Shown in pieces: positions 35,601-48,683 of a DNA stretch of 63,913 bases. The stretch is from Octopus bimaculoides (Eukaryota), in assembly GCF_001194135.2 (NCBI RefSeq), contig NC_068989.1, positions 94,685,834 to 94,749,746 on the forward strand, read 5' to 3'. The translations under genes and the position numbers were made by a program. A model generated the notes under the pieces. It was given only the letters and a program-made list of their open reading frames with translations, was not told the DNA's origin and searched no databases. Position 1 is the stretch's first letter, and every line of letters starts with the position of its first letter.

Positions 35601-38600
35601 ATTTTACTTTGCATTATATCATGCATTCTGTAGCTGATATGATTTGCTTAAGCTTTGCTTATCATTCGACTATATCTGTTGTTTTTCTTATTTTTATTAT
35701 TCTTCTTGTGAAAGATCAATCACAAACCTCGGCTGAGAGTTAAATAATACAATGGACAAACAAAAATGGTCAGAATTTATATTTTTACAAATACGAATTT
35801 TTCATTTCAAAAGCAATAAATTTCAATACATCAAATGAATCTAAATGAATCAAATGCATTCGGTTTGTTTTTAATTCGATCTTCGTGTTAATACTAGCAA
35901 TACTATGAATATATATAAATCTAACCAAGAAAATAAACTAAGATAACTTATAAAGTACAGAATTTCCACGAATCCTGCTAGTCTTTGATATTATTCCAGT
36001 TTCCACGGTATATCTTTCCTTGCACTTGAAAGAGACTCAAACGCGTCACTTTAAACAGAATGTAAAAGTTAAAACATATTAATTTGAAAGAAAGTAAATG
36101 TATTTACGGGATCAAGCGTTCATAAACGTATATTGATATTTCTTGGAAGTAGAAATGTACGTCACATCATCTTAGGACTTGTCATAAAGTGCATATTCAC
36201 CTTGTCAAAGAAATCCCTATATTTATATGAATAATCTGAATATGCTTTGGAACTATTTGGAACTATTTCCCTTGCGTGCATAACGGTTTTTGATCTAGGG
36301 AATATTTAAAATACTTACTGTTCCGTTTCCTGTTATAAATCTCTGAAGTTTCAAATCGATACAGTAAAAATAGAACTTTCAAGAAGGCGATAATGAGATT
36401 GTACCGTTTTGGAAATGCATTTCAAATTCCATTTTTTGCAATAGTATTATTTTATGAAATATTATGCGATCCATATTCAGGATATGTGAAGTACGCTGCC
36501 CGTAAGTAGCCTTACTGGACAAAAAGCCTCCGTTTTATCAAATATCTTAAGCTATTTTCTACAAATGTCACAACTGTTTTTAATTCGCCATCAGAATCTC
36601 TCACGCCATTTTATAAGCTCCATTCATTTTGGCAGTTCTAAACCATGCCAAATTCATTACATTTATAATTAACGTCGACATTTAAAAAATACTGAAAGAC
36701 GGGAAGTTACTTCGAATTGACGATTATTGTTTTATTCCCATCGGCTGCATAATTCTTTTTTTAAAAAAGGCTCAGCAATGATACTAGCATGGTATAAAGG
36801 GATTTTGCAGAAGTCCGCAGTAAGTATTGGCTATTTATAACAAATTTCGTTTAAGTTCAGGAAGCCTTTCCTGGGTCAAAGGCATACATTTTCTTAGCAA
36901 CAAACACTTAGTTTTAGGATAACGTGTCCATGTCTTCTTCCAAATGTTACGTTATTTCCATTACAGTGGCGTGTAAGAACAGAGGACTTCGTGCAAGGTC
37001 GCAAACTTTTTTCTGCCTGTCGCTGGTGAAGTTCTAAACTTACAATAGAAGAGAGAATTATCGAGTAAGTGGTTGGCTCTGAATGAATTCCTATTGCCAT
37101 TCCATCAAGGTACTTTCTGTTTCCGCAGGTTTGAAGATAATATCGTCCTGGCTGCGGACTTTCCGCAGAGCTTTGAAAAAGATTTAATATCCTGCCACTA
37201 AGTGAACATGTACAAAACATAGAAGCAATTATTGAGGAATAAACTAAACTGAGTTTCGTTCATCCAAACTTGCTGTTTAGCGTGAATAACATAATTTACA
37301 GTTGTTAAAAGCTTCATCGATCCTGGGTTAAAACGTTCAGCATCATCGATCGAGGGTTCAATGAAGGAGACCTTTAATTAAGTCTGTCGGGAGAAATAGA
37401 AATAAAGTCTCGTTTGTCGAACTTGCTTAGCTTCTATAATGAGGACGGTTTATTCAGTGTCCGTGAGAAGGAGATGATCTATCCAATCCAACTCTCTCCC
37501 AAAATCTCTAGCTTTGTTTCTCAACCTCCTCTTTCACACGCGTTCGCAAAACTAATTCTTTATCATTTCCCAGATTTTTTAATATTCACTTCATTCTCAT
37601 GAAGTAATTACGAAGAGAAAGTTAGAAAATTTACTCAGTAGTGGTAAAGAAACCAACTCGTTTCCAAACATTAGAAATTCGTCTCCAAACTATATTACCA
37701 TTACAGTTTCACAATAAATACAGTTTTAATTTAAGTCGAGCACCACTATATCGTCTGGATTCTGAATATTAACTATATGCACAATATTTAAAGTCAGACG
37801 AAAAGTAGTTTACCCAACCAAATTTGCTCCCGCAAAACAACTGAAAGTTATTGACAGGTTTATTGCTATAACACTTTCTATCTTTCAATGTTCAATATTG
37901 ATAGTAGACACGCTCTAACTATGTTGAAAGGGTATAAACTTCTCAGTTAATATTAGATTTCTCTGTTTTCAATGGGATTGTTGATATTTTTTCCTTACCG
38001 AACTGCTCTCTCTAGTCATTGTTTTTCTCAGCATTTTCTCATTTATTTAATATATCACTTGATTCGCTACTCATTCAAAATCTGCTGCTATCTTACTCTA
38101 TGATTTCAGTGCATTTTACATTTGGCAACTCTTATCACTTTACTCTCATATAAGACATTCATTTTAGAAATGCACACGTTTATTCCGTTCGGTTTCATAT
38201 CATCATCAGCTTTTAAATTATTTATTTTTGTAATATCTTTAGTAATTTTTTAAAAATTCTAAATCAGATATATTCACAGTAATTTTTTCTTGCCGTTGGT
38301 CTCAGGGAATCTAACTTTCTTGAAACTATTTCAATATGCAGGTATTCTATGATCATATCTCGCTTGCTGAGATTAAAATATATATTAGCGTTAGTTTTGA
38401 GATCTTATCTCAGGGGAATGTATTTATCATCTTTTCCAGAAAATGTTCTGATTTGTGTAATATAGCAAAGTGTATATATGTGTAAATGAGTATGTCCATG
38501 TGGTGCAAAATCCTATGTATGGAATTATGAATATATATATATATANNNNNNNNNNNNNNNNNNNNNNNNNNNNNNNNNNNNNNNNNNNNNNNNNNNNNNN

Positions 38601-39070
38601 NNNNNNNNNNNNNNNNNNNNNNNNNNNNNNNNNNNNNNNNNNNNNNNNNNNNNNNNNNNNNNNNNNNNNNNNNNNNNNNNNNNNNNNNNNNNNNNNNNNN
38701 NNNNNNNNNNNNNNNNNNNNNNNNNNNNNNNNNNNNNNNNNNNNNNNNNNNNNNNNNNNNNNNNNNNNNNNNNNNNNNNNNNNNNNNNNNNNNNNNNNNN
38801 NNNNNNNNNNNNNNNNNNNNNNNNNNNNNNNNNNNNNNNNNNNNNNNNNNNNNNNNNNNNNNNNNNNNNNNNNNNNNNNNNNNNNNNNNNNNNNNNNNNN
38901 NNNNNNNNNNNNNNNNNNNNNNNNNNNNNNNNNNNNNNNNNNNNNNNNNNNNNNNNNNNNNNNNNNNNNNNNNNNNNNNNNNNNNNNNNNNNNNNNNNNN
39001 NNNNNNNNNNNNNNNNNNNNNNNNNNNNNNNNNNNNNNNNNNNNNNNNNNNNNNNNNNNNNNNNNNNNNN

Positions 39071-39119
<49 letters not shown>

Positions 39120-41688
39120 TATAAGATATATATATTATATAAAGATATATTTGGGTGAGGGGATACTTTCCAATATTACCACCAGAAATATAAACTTGAT
39201 TAAATATTTAACCTGGCGAGATCTTCTATATGTTACGTATTTCTTTTTGTACACCTGAATGCAGTATAATTAAGATTTCCGAAACCATGTAATTATTTTT
39301 TTTGTCATGCCACATTCCTTCTTTCGAGCAGCTTATATATGCGGAAATACAAATGAATACAAATTCTTGTAAATGTTCTCGACTTTTTCTCCTTAGTTGA
39401 TTTAGTTAACCAATGAAAAAGATTTACCAAAAGATTATTCCCGAGAAAATAATCTACTGAATTCTAAACACACAAGTAGAAAGAACGAAAATCTAATCGA
39501 TATAAGAAAGGGATAGTATTGTATCTAATAACGAAATAGTCATTTCATCTTCAAGTAATATTTTGTAATATTGAAATGCCTGAAATGCTAATTTCAGTTC
39601 TGACAAAAGTTATTGGACAAGTTATTAAAAATCAGATTTTTCTTCTACTTTGCATTATTTATTTATTTTTTCAGACACGTATTTTATTTTCAAGTCTGTT
39701 TTCAAAACAAAATTTTAAATCGAATCAGTTTTAGGTACTGAGATATTTACTTTCAAATTTTTCACTTGAAAGAATATAAAAGAATATGTAAAAACAATAT
39801 TCCTTTTGGCGTTTTATTTTTATAAACTCAACTATGGATTTTTTTTTTTTTAATTACTGTGCTATTATGAGAAGATCTTCTCGGTCTATTTCTTCACTAG
39901 AACAACTTTAGTAATGGTGGCTTTTAGGAATTTGCTACTGTATTGTTAATATTCAATAGTTAGATTCATAGGAATTAATAGATGGCTAGTAAATTCGTCT
40001 AAGCGTGTCGCTCCCTGGTCTTATAATTTTTATACGTTTTGTTCTAGTTAAATCAATAAACTGTCCAACACTATGAAATTTCAAATTAAAGATAAAGCAA
40101 TCCAAAATAATAATAAATTATTATTAAGGTTCTAGAAATAGTAAATAAAAAAGTTCTCAGTGCATGAATTAGGTTTTTACATTTGATTAATGTTACCTCT
40201 ATATTTTATAGTAGATATTTGTTGTTACGACTTGAGATTCAGACGTCGTTTGCAAAGTTTCGTAATATACGCAACAAGAAACTTACATTATTATACTTCA
40301 ACACTAGCAAAAATGTTGGACCAAATGTAGCAAGAGAACGAAAAAATATTTTCATTTTCTACCTGATATTAAGTATCACGATATTCAAAATAAATATAAG
40401 TATTAAGTGCTTATCTTCTCCGCATAAAATAGACGGTAGCATTCCACTCTACAGTCAACAAAAATAGGAAGGTAGATTACCTACCATAGAATAAACTTGT
40501 TCCATTGATTTCATGAAGATATCATAATGTTCTTTCTTTCAGCTATACAAATTAGTAACATGTACACTGGTATCCCCACTCTTTACGATAAGCATCTAAC
40601 GCTTAGCGTCTGAAACAAGAAAATACTAGCCATTCCTCATGATACTCTGTAATTATATTCAATATCGTTAATATCATTGTATCTACAATTATAACACAAT
40701 GTTTTCCAATATCACACAGTTATCATGATAACTTTCTTCATAAATAGCTACCTCATTGAACTACAAGCATGTTGCATTTTTGTCAGGAAGCCTGACAATC
40801 AATATCCTTTTGCGATTATAGTTCTTGAGAATTACTTATTCCTGTCATTTATATGATAGGTATCTTCATGTTTCCTATGACCCTTAACCAAGTTAAACTT
40901 CAGCACAAATTAGGAAGTATGTTCATTAAAGCACTGGTAGGAAAACATAGGTCGCTACGTGTACTATAGCAACTCGATTTTTTTGCTGCTATTTTTCTGT
41001 CTCAAGATTATTTGTTAGGTCAAATCGACATGCCTAACCAAACAGATTCCACGCTTGGTAGATTTACTTCGTGATTGCTACCAGAAAAACACAATTTGCA
41101 ATTTAATCTCATCTATTATTATGATGTGCATTCTCGCATTTATCTCATCCAGAAAAAATAGCTTTCTTATCTCCCTTTCTTTTCTTTTTTTTTTTAAGTT
41201 ACCTTTCAAGATTGGGAAGAAACATTAACGTTTGCAGTTGTATTATGTTTTTATTTCTTTGGATTGTTCTTTTTTTATTGGGGAAGGGTGTATAGCAAGA
41301 TAAGGAAATATCACCCAAAGTTTATATTTTCATAATATACTTAAATGAACTAAAAATCTAACGTTATCTAATTTCTATATTTGTACTCCACATTCTTCAG
41401 AACTTTACTTTCCCGAATATTTTTTATTAAAAAAATTCAATCCAGAGTGAAGATATATTAGAAAAAATATCTCTACCAAAAGTTTCTTGCTAAATAAAGA
41501 TATAGAGAGACGAAAAACGTAATGTGATATTAGAAGAAAAGAGTAGACATGGCGCATTCTTGACAAATTAATTTCTTACTGAAAAGAGAAGCCTTAAAAT
41601 CTCTACTGATAAATCAATGTGTATACTCGATCTCAAATATACTGTTACAAACACTGTTACACTAGTTATATATGGAAATTTACCTGTA

Positions 41689-41793
41689 GAATATGGACAA
41701 TTTCAGAACGAACATGGACGATTTCAAAACGAACGTAGACAATTTCAAAACAAACGTGGACAATTTCAAAACGAACGTGGACAATTTCAAAAT
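41689..41793. repeat. 21-bp minisatellite, 5 units (GAACGTGGACAATTTCAAAAC consensus)
   Basis: Units start at 41689, 41710, 41731, 41752 and 41773 with up to 3 substitutions each. Confidence 0.95.
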
Positions 41794-42084
41794 GTCCTTG
41801 AACTATCAGTTCCAGTGAAGAGATTGACGGTCCGGATGAAAAATTCACAAGGCGCAGCAATAAATTACCAAATTGACCAAACTGCACATAGAATACTCCT
41901 TTTATGTTCTCGCTCACTTACTACAATTTGTTGAGTGTGGTAATTATAAAAAAAGAGCAGTCAGTGGCAGAAGGATACTTTCTGGTCATTGGACGAATCG
42001 GATCGTGTCTCAGTCTCAGTTATTAGCGACTTAATGCTATCTGCTTACAAATTGTCTTTCAAATATTTTGAACAGAAAATTTAA

Positions 42085-42315
42085 ATATGTTCTTTCTTTT
42101 ATTCTTTTATTTGTTTCACTCATTTGACTTCGGCCATGCTGGAGCATCGCCTTTAGTCGAACAAGTTGACCCCAGGACTTGTTCTTTGTAAGCATGGTAC
42201 TTATTCTATCGGTTTCTTTTGCAGGACCGCTAAAATACGGGGACATAAACACACCAGCATCGGTTGCCAAGTGATGTTGAGGGGACAGACACAGACACAC
42301 AAACACACACACACA
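42085..42315 (-). mobile_element. SINE family B, 3' half
   Basis: Reverse complement of the 23480-23665 tail. Confidence 0.85.
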
Positions 42316-42456
42316 TATATGATGTGCTTTAACTATAGTATTAGAGCATTTTAACTTTTATTTCTAGCAATGTACGTATTCTAACGCCCTAGTCATACTT
42401 AGCGGCAATTATAGTTTACTTTTTGGTAAAACATTGCACAATGTTGACCATATTAA

Positions 42457-42520
<64 letters not shown>

Positions 42521-42914
42521 CAAGAAATGAGGGCAGGGAATCGTCAATTAATAATAGAATTAACAATTAACAATTTTGCCAAGTAGTTCAGTATGAAAAA
42601 AACCTTTATCGGTAAGACCATTTATCATCATAAATATAAGGGATTAGCAATTGAGTTGCTTCTCCAACATACTGAAAATTTAGAAATAGCAGTCAAAGAA
42701 CTACTGATTCCAAACTACAAATTTTTCTCTAAAATATATATATATATATATGAAATTTAATATGGTCAGCATTGTGCAATATTTCGGGATCACCACTACT
42801 TTATTATCTCCCCTTATGCCTAGCTCTCCTGTGTGACTCCTCTGTCTGGCATTCGCTATGATAGATCGCTACCTACTACACATCCTTTAATTTCTCTCCT
42901 TGTTTCTTTCTGTG

Positions 42915-42955
42915 TTCCTTTCTGTGGAAGAGCGTAGGCTCGAAACATTAAAGAC
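42915..42955 (+). ncRNA. Decayed hammerhead-like motif
   Basis: CTGTGGA (A6 lost), extra A, stem GAGC-GTAG-GCTC, GAAA 42942-42945, CTTT/AAAG helix I. Confidence 0.35.
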
Positions 42956-43523
42956 TTTTTCACTTCCCGTGGAATATGAACTATTTTTTTCGAACAACGA
43001 CAGACACAAATGGAAAACAAGACAAATAACATAAAGAACGATCCTTCATTAGTTGTAGGCTATTTTTCTACTTTCATACGTCAAGCATTTAATAACAATA
43101 TACGCTTTCGATAAAACAGTTGCTCCCGCAAAGCAAATTAACTAAAACTTGGGATTTTGTGGTGGGTCAAAATTGGTAACACAAACAGGACAGTGAAAAC
43201 AAACATGAAGGGTTGTAAAGCCTAAACGAGGTGGTTGTGCCGAACGCGTAAATCAAGCTAGGACAGGAGACAAAGAAGAACACGTCTTCCTTGCTCCAGC
43301 TACAATGGAGAGAAAGAAAGATACACAAGTTAGGAGAAGATAGAAAGATGGCCGATATTATTTATAATATCATATGAATGAACGCCACGCATTCTCTTCC
43401 AAGTAAGTTTTATCTTAATAATTCTGATGCGCACTCTATACGATCTTTTTACTCCGTTTTTCTCTCTTTCTCTCTCTTATTCTTTTACCTCCTCTTCTCA
43501 CTCTATTTTATCCTATTACCCTG

Positions 43524-43558
<35 letters not shown>

Positions 43559-43763
43559 CTCTCTCTCTCCCTCACTCCTTCTCCCTTGCTCATGTGGCTT
43601 CCACCTGACCATCTTCTAACTGAACAGATATGGTGTTTTTACACCTTTTGACCAAAATAGAGAACTTTTTCCACGGGAATTTCAGTGTATTTGCATTTAG
43701 AATTTTAAATGTTACATATTTTAACTGACCTAAAGTTCACACACACACATACACACACACACA

Positions 43764-43976
43764 TGAGAGGAGTGCTGAAAATTTCTTTTAAATGTGTCGC
43801 GCAAGGCCTGACTGGAGCCCCAGCCTCCGAGTTCTTTTACAAGGTTTAGAAAAACTGAAGGACTGCTACAATAAGTGCGTGAATCTGAGAATGGAATATG
43901 TTGACTAAAATAATAATGAACTGATCCTCCTGTATTTTCTTTTACCCAAGGCTAGGAACCTTACAGCATCCTCTCA
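43764..43976 (+). mobile_element. Mariner-derived MITE
   Basis: Inverted ends TGAGAGGAGTGCTGAAAA / TTACAGCATCCTCTCA; interior reads QGLEKLKDCYNKCVNLRMEYVD (mariner C-terminus). Confidence 0.75.
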
Positions 43977-43984
43977 GACGTATA

Positions 43985-44704
43985 TAAGGTAGTATCAAAA
44001 GGTTACCAGACTAGTTCTGTTGCAAGTTGTGAAATTTGTGTTTTTGTGATTACGTGTATGTTGTATTCAGCGATTTTGTCATGGATAGGAACAGAGTGCC
44101 AATGAGAAACGTTGCGTCGAACTGGGGAGTATGCTTCGGCAAGCTTACGTCGACGAGGCAATGGGTTGCGCGCATTGTTTCAAGCGGTATGGATGCTTCA
44201 AGAGCGGAAGAGCCGTCCCTGGAAGATGATGACCGATCTGGAAGACCTGCCACGAGCGTTACACAGGGCCAGACCGGCAATCGAGAGCTCTAGCCCGACG
44301 TTTCAAAGCACATGCAGGAGACATTCAGCAAAAGTGACGGGATCTGTGAAGCACGAACAATTAGATTCTTCACTCGTGAGTTTCTCGCCGAAAACAACAT
44401 CGTGTCGCTTCTGCACCCGCCCTATTCGCCCGATTTAGCACCTGTGGACTTCCATCTCTTCCCCAAAACGAAAATGCCGCTCAAAGGGCGTCGTATTAAC
44501 ATCGTTATCGAGATCTAGTGTAAATCACAGAAGGTCTTTGACTCGCTTACGGAAAACGACTTCCAGACCGGATTCCGAAAGTGGGAGGAACAGTGGGACC
44601 GATATATTGCTGCACGAGGTGATTATTTCGAAGGAGATGATATCAAAACTTAAGTAAATATGTTATTTTTTATATTAAACATAACTAGTCCAGAAACGTT
44701 TTGA
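43985..44704 (+). mobile_element. Mariner remnant with internal deletion and both TIRs
   Basis: SLEDDDRSGRPATS joined to EFLAENNIVSLLHPPYSPDLAPVDFHLFPK..KWEEQWDRYIAARGDYFEGD; TIRs TCAAAAGGTTACCAGACTAGTT / AACTAGTCCAGAAACGTTTTGA. Confidence 0.9.
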
Positions 44705-44910
44705 GCTGGCAGAAACTTTAGCATGCTAGGCGAAATGCTTAGCGGTATTTCGTCTGTCTTTACGTTCTGAGTTCAAATTCCACCGAGGTCGACTTTGCCT
44801 TTCATCCTTTCGGGGTCGATAAATTAAGTTCCAGTAGCGTACTGGGCTCAATCTAAACAACTGGCCCCTCCCCAAAAATGTCGGGCATTGTGCCTTGAGT
44901 AGAAAAGAAT
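44703..44910 (+). mobile_element. SINE family A (tail variant 2)
   Basis: GAGCTGGCAGAAACTTTAGC head, GAGTTCAAATTCC B-box, tail CCCCTCCCCAAAAATGTCGGGCATTGTGCCTTGAGTAGAAAAGAAT. Confidence 0.9.
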
Positions 44911-44953
44911 AATAACGTTTGTCTTGCCTTAACGTTTGTTGTCCTCTTTAACA

Positions 44954-45021
<68 letters not shown>

Positions 45022-46295
45022 CATATATATATTTATATATATAATTATATGCATTAGGTGTTGAAATGTGTTGTTGTATACTTACAGCTTCGTATCTGAT
45101 AACGCATAGACTTTTATAAGATATGCGATTATGAATTACATGAATAGAAGATTGGTAAACATTTAGATAATTATAGAATTTGAAATTGATTACGTAAGAA
45201 GTTAAAACAACTTAAATTTTTGATGGAAAAGATTAATCTCATTATATTCCATTTGCTGAGAATTTTGGTTAAAATATAGACAGACTATATTAAACATTAG
45301 AGAAAACATGATAAAGACATAAACTTCCAAGATGTACTTGGGTAAATATATTGGGAAAGATTTAGAACAGAATCAACAGAAAATATCCATCGTGATTGCT
45401 GCCGAACATTGAATATATATTGTTTACAAGTCCCAAACTGGAAATTATTTTAAATCCTGAATAGTAAAGTTGCTAACCATGGGTTATAAATAAATTTATT
45501 TCATTTGTATCTCTTTCTATGGAGAGATAAATACTGCAAATGAACAAAGACCGTGCACACTGACAGTTGTTAACTGAACAAACGATGTGCTGTTTATCAA
45601 CTTATTTTGCGCATGATAAATACATTTCAACAAAGAATCCACGGATTTTGACAGTTTATTTTTCACTAATCTTGAAATATAGTATGTAATGACTTTAGGG
45701 AAAGAATTACAGATACTATGTGACAGATGTAAAAGTTACTTAATGAGAAAAGCTCGTGCAAATATCTAGTCATATCCTTAATGCGATAATGGTATCTTTC
45801 AAACTGAATACGTTGTAATGAAGTATTGTTTCTGAAGGACAAGTTACGGAAAGTTATCTCATAAAGCTGCACTTCATAAGATGGAGAAAAATAATATCAA
45901 TACATCTGTTCGAAAATGTAATTATGTGCTTCAAAACTGCCAAATAATGAGAATTTGTGGGGTTTATTCTTGTTGTATTCTGCATGTCGAGATTGACGTT
46001 CTGATTTTCGTTGATAATAAAGATGATGCGAGAAGACATTGAAATTTACATTGTGAAATGCAGAATACTTATTGCGTAATCTTGCGATCAAATAAATTTC
46101 TATGAATCATTTTATCATAACGCGTATTGCTAGCTGATTTAAAGGCGTTGAGCCTAATTCAATATAGAAATAAATTCTCATTTCTCTTCAGTAGACATGT
46201 CAGAATAATATTTTAGAATGAAATGGGTTGTAACCTAAGACAATTTGCGTAACATTCATACAGGTAAATTTCTTTTTGCATTGTATATTGAAATG

Positions 46296-46364
<69 letters not shown>

Positions 46365-48629
46365 CTGTGTACAGTTAGTGAGAAAAGGTGAAATTATATC
46401 CGATACAAACAAGCCCGAAATTCACGGTACGTTAGGGCTAACATTCTGTGAATCAATCATGCATTTACATTTTCACTGGCAGAATATGACAGACAAATTG
46501 TTGCAAACCAATTTCTTAAGATATAATATTGGTGCAAAGATATAACAGAGACGAGAGCTAAATCCTATACATGTGGTATTTATAGTTAATATAATGTGAA
46601 AATCGTAATTTATACACTAGCAGTAATTTTGTATTGAAATATATTATTAAGATAATAGACGATGTCGCAATAACTAACGTTATATAGCAGGTGTGTTGTG
46701 CCAAATAAGATACACGGTTAATCTTCATGCCTAATATGATTTCAGTTCTTCAATCGTTAGCGTTCAGATTTCAAATAGCAACGCTGTCAACTCATATGTT
46801 AATCTCAATGCTGATAGTAATCCTAATCGATTAAGTATCAGGCAATTACAAGCATTGGTTTATTCAATTACATCCTGAAAATACGTGATCAGTTGCTGCT
46901 AAATATTTATTGTTTCTTTTTCTTCTAAATATGTGTGCAAATTTAACGAGTATATTAGAGATGTACATTTAATCTGCAGCCAGAGAATGAAAAGCAGTAT
47001 ATACTGGTATCATAACAAAACTCTGTGAATACCATAATATATCACAAAACAATTCAATTACGTTAATTTGCTAACTGATTCATTACCGAATTCTGCAACA
47101 AGCTCATCAATCCAGATGTTATCCTACTGCACAGATTTCTTACGCATATATTTAATAAGAGCTTTTTATTGAGCCATGCTTTGAACCAAGCTTTCGTGAA
47201 CAGAAGCTATGGAAAGCCAATCGAAGAGATACATCTGTGTTTAGGTAGCTGACTGGAAGCGCCGTCCTATTTAACACCGTTACAGGCCGAAGCTGTAAAC
47301 CCACTGGCCAAGGTTTCGACATCAAAATAACCCATGAGCCGTAGTTTGTTCCTCCATTTCTGAAGGTCAGCAGAAAATCATACATACTACCGTTCACCAT
47401 CAAATTAAGCTACAAAAATATATTATTATTAGTATGTCGTTTGATCAATAACTGGAATTATTACATAGTAAATTGGACCCTTCACCGTAGGATGGCAAAG
47501 AAAATAATTTCTCACTACAGCTGTCTGTCATAATGTATTATGTCAGTTTGCTTCTATCATGCTTCTATCAGTTTCTAAATATAAATCCGACTTTCTATCT
47601 ACTCTTCATAATCGGTTGTAGCGCATTACGAGGATGCATTCATATGCTAATTACAGAAAAGTCCTCCTGACTTATTTCTAAATATAAATTCGAAGTTGCC
47701 TTCTCACTTCGTTTTTACTTCTCCCAGATATTTATTGTTCAGAAAATTTAATTTGCATTATATTAAAATTCAAGTCATGTACATCTCTGTAAATAATGAT
47801 GCTATAGAATATATTTTCTACTAAATATTTCATAAATATTTGCTCCATCAGAACCTCATAATATATCCTTTTCGGTATACAGACGAAAATGGTTAATTCA
47901 TATTTGATTTCAAACTTCTCACTTCCTTCACACCTCTTACTTCCTGTTAAGCCATTCATTGAAGTGAAAATATTCATTCATTTATTCCAACCTAAACAAT
48001 ATTTTATATATATATATATATATATATTTAAGGAGCACATCCATGCTAAATCAGAATGGTCTTTTTCGAATCTGGGCCTAAATTTGATCGCTTAAATATA
48101 ATTTTGTAACTTATTTACTCATAAGGTCCTCTATAAATTCGATTACAATATATATCCAACAAATTTACCATGTATTTTCTTGGTGTTACAGTATGGCAAG
48201 ATCTTTCAACGCAGTCCTTTCAATGTATTAAAAATTGCAAAGAGGTTTGTTCCTTTATTGCGAAGAAGTCAGTTCATGTAGTCAGTTTCTTCATGTCTTC
48301 AGTTTATTCAATAGAGAATTATTTTATATACTATCCAACTGTGTCTGTTAATGGAACATCAAAATCAGACTTCTCAGCCTCTGTAAAACCGAAGGCCTTT
48401 TGGCTATGTAAAACAATATCACGTAATGTGTTTGTTTGCAAACAACTACTTACACGCATGCACATATACGCATATAAGCACAAACATACACAAGCGCCCA
48501 CATACATGTACACGCACATATGAACATATGCATATGTGTGTGTGTATGTGTGTGCGCGCTTGTGTGTGAAACATATATACCTGTTTGTGTGATTTTTATG
48601 TTTGTATATTTATATAATCATATATCAAG

Positions 48630-48683
<54 letters not shown>

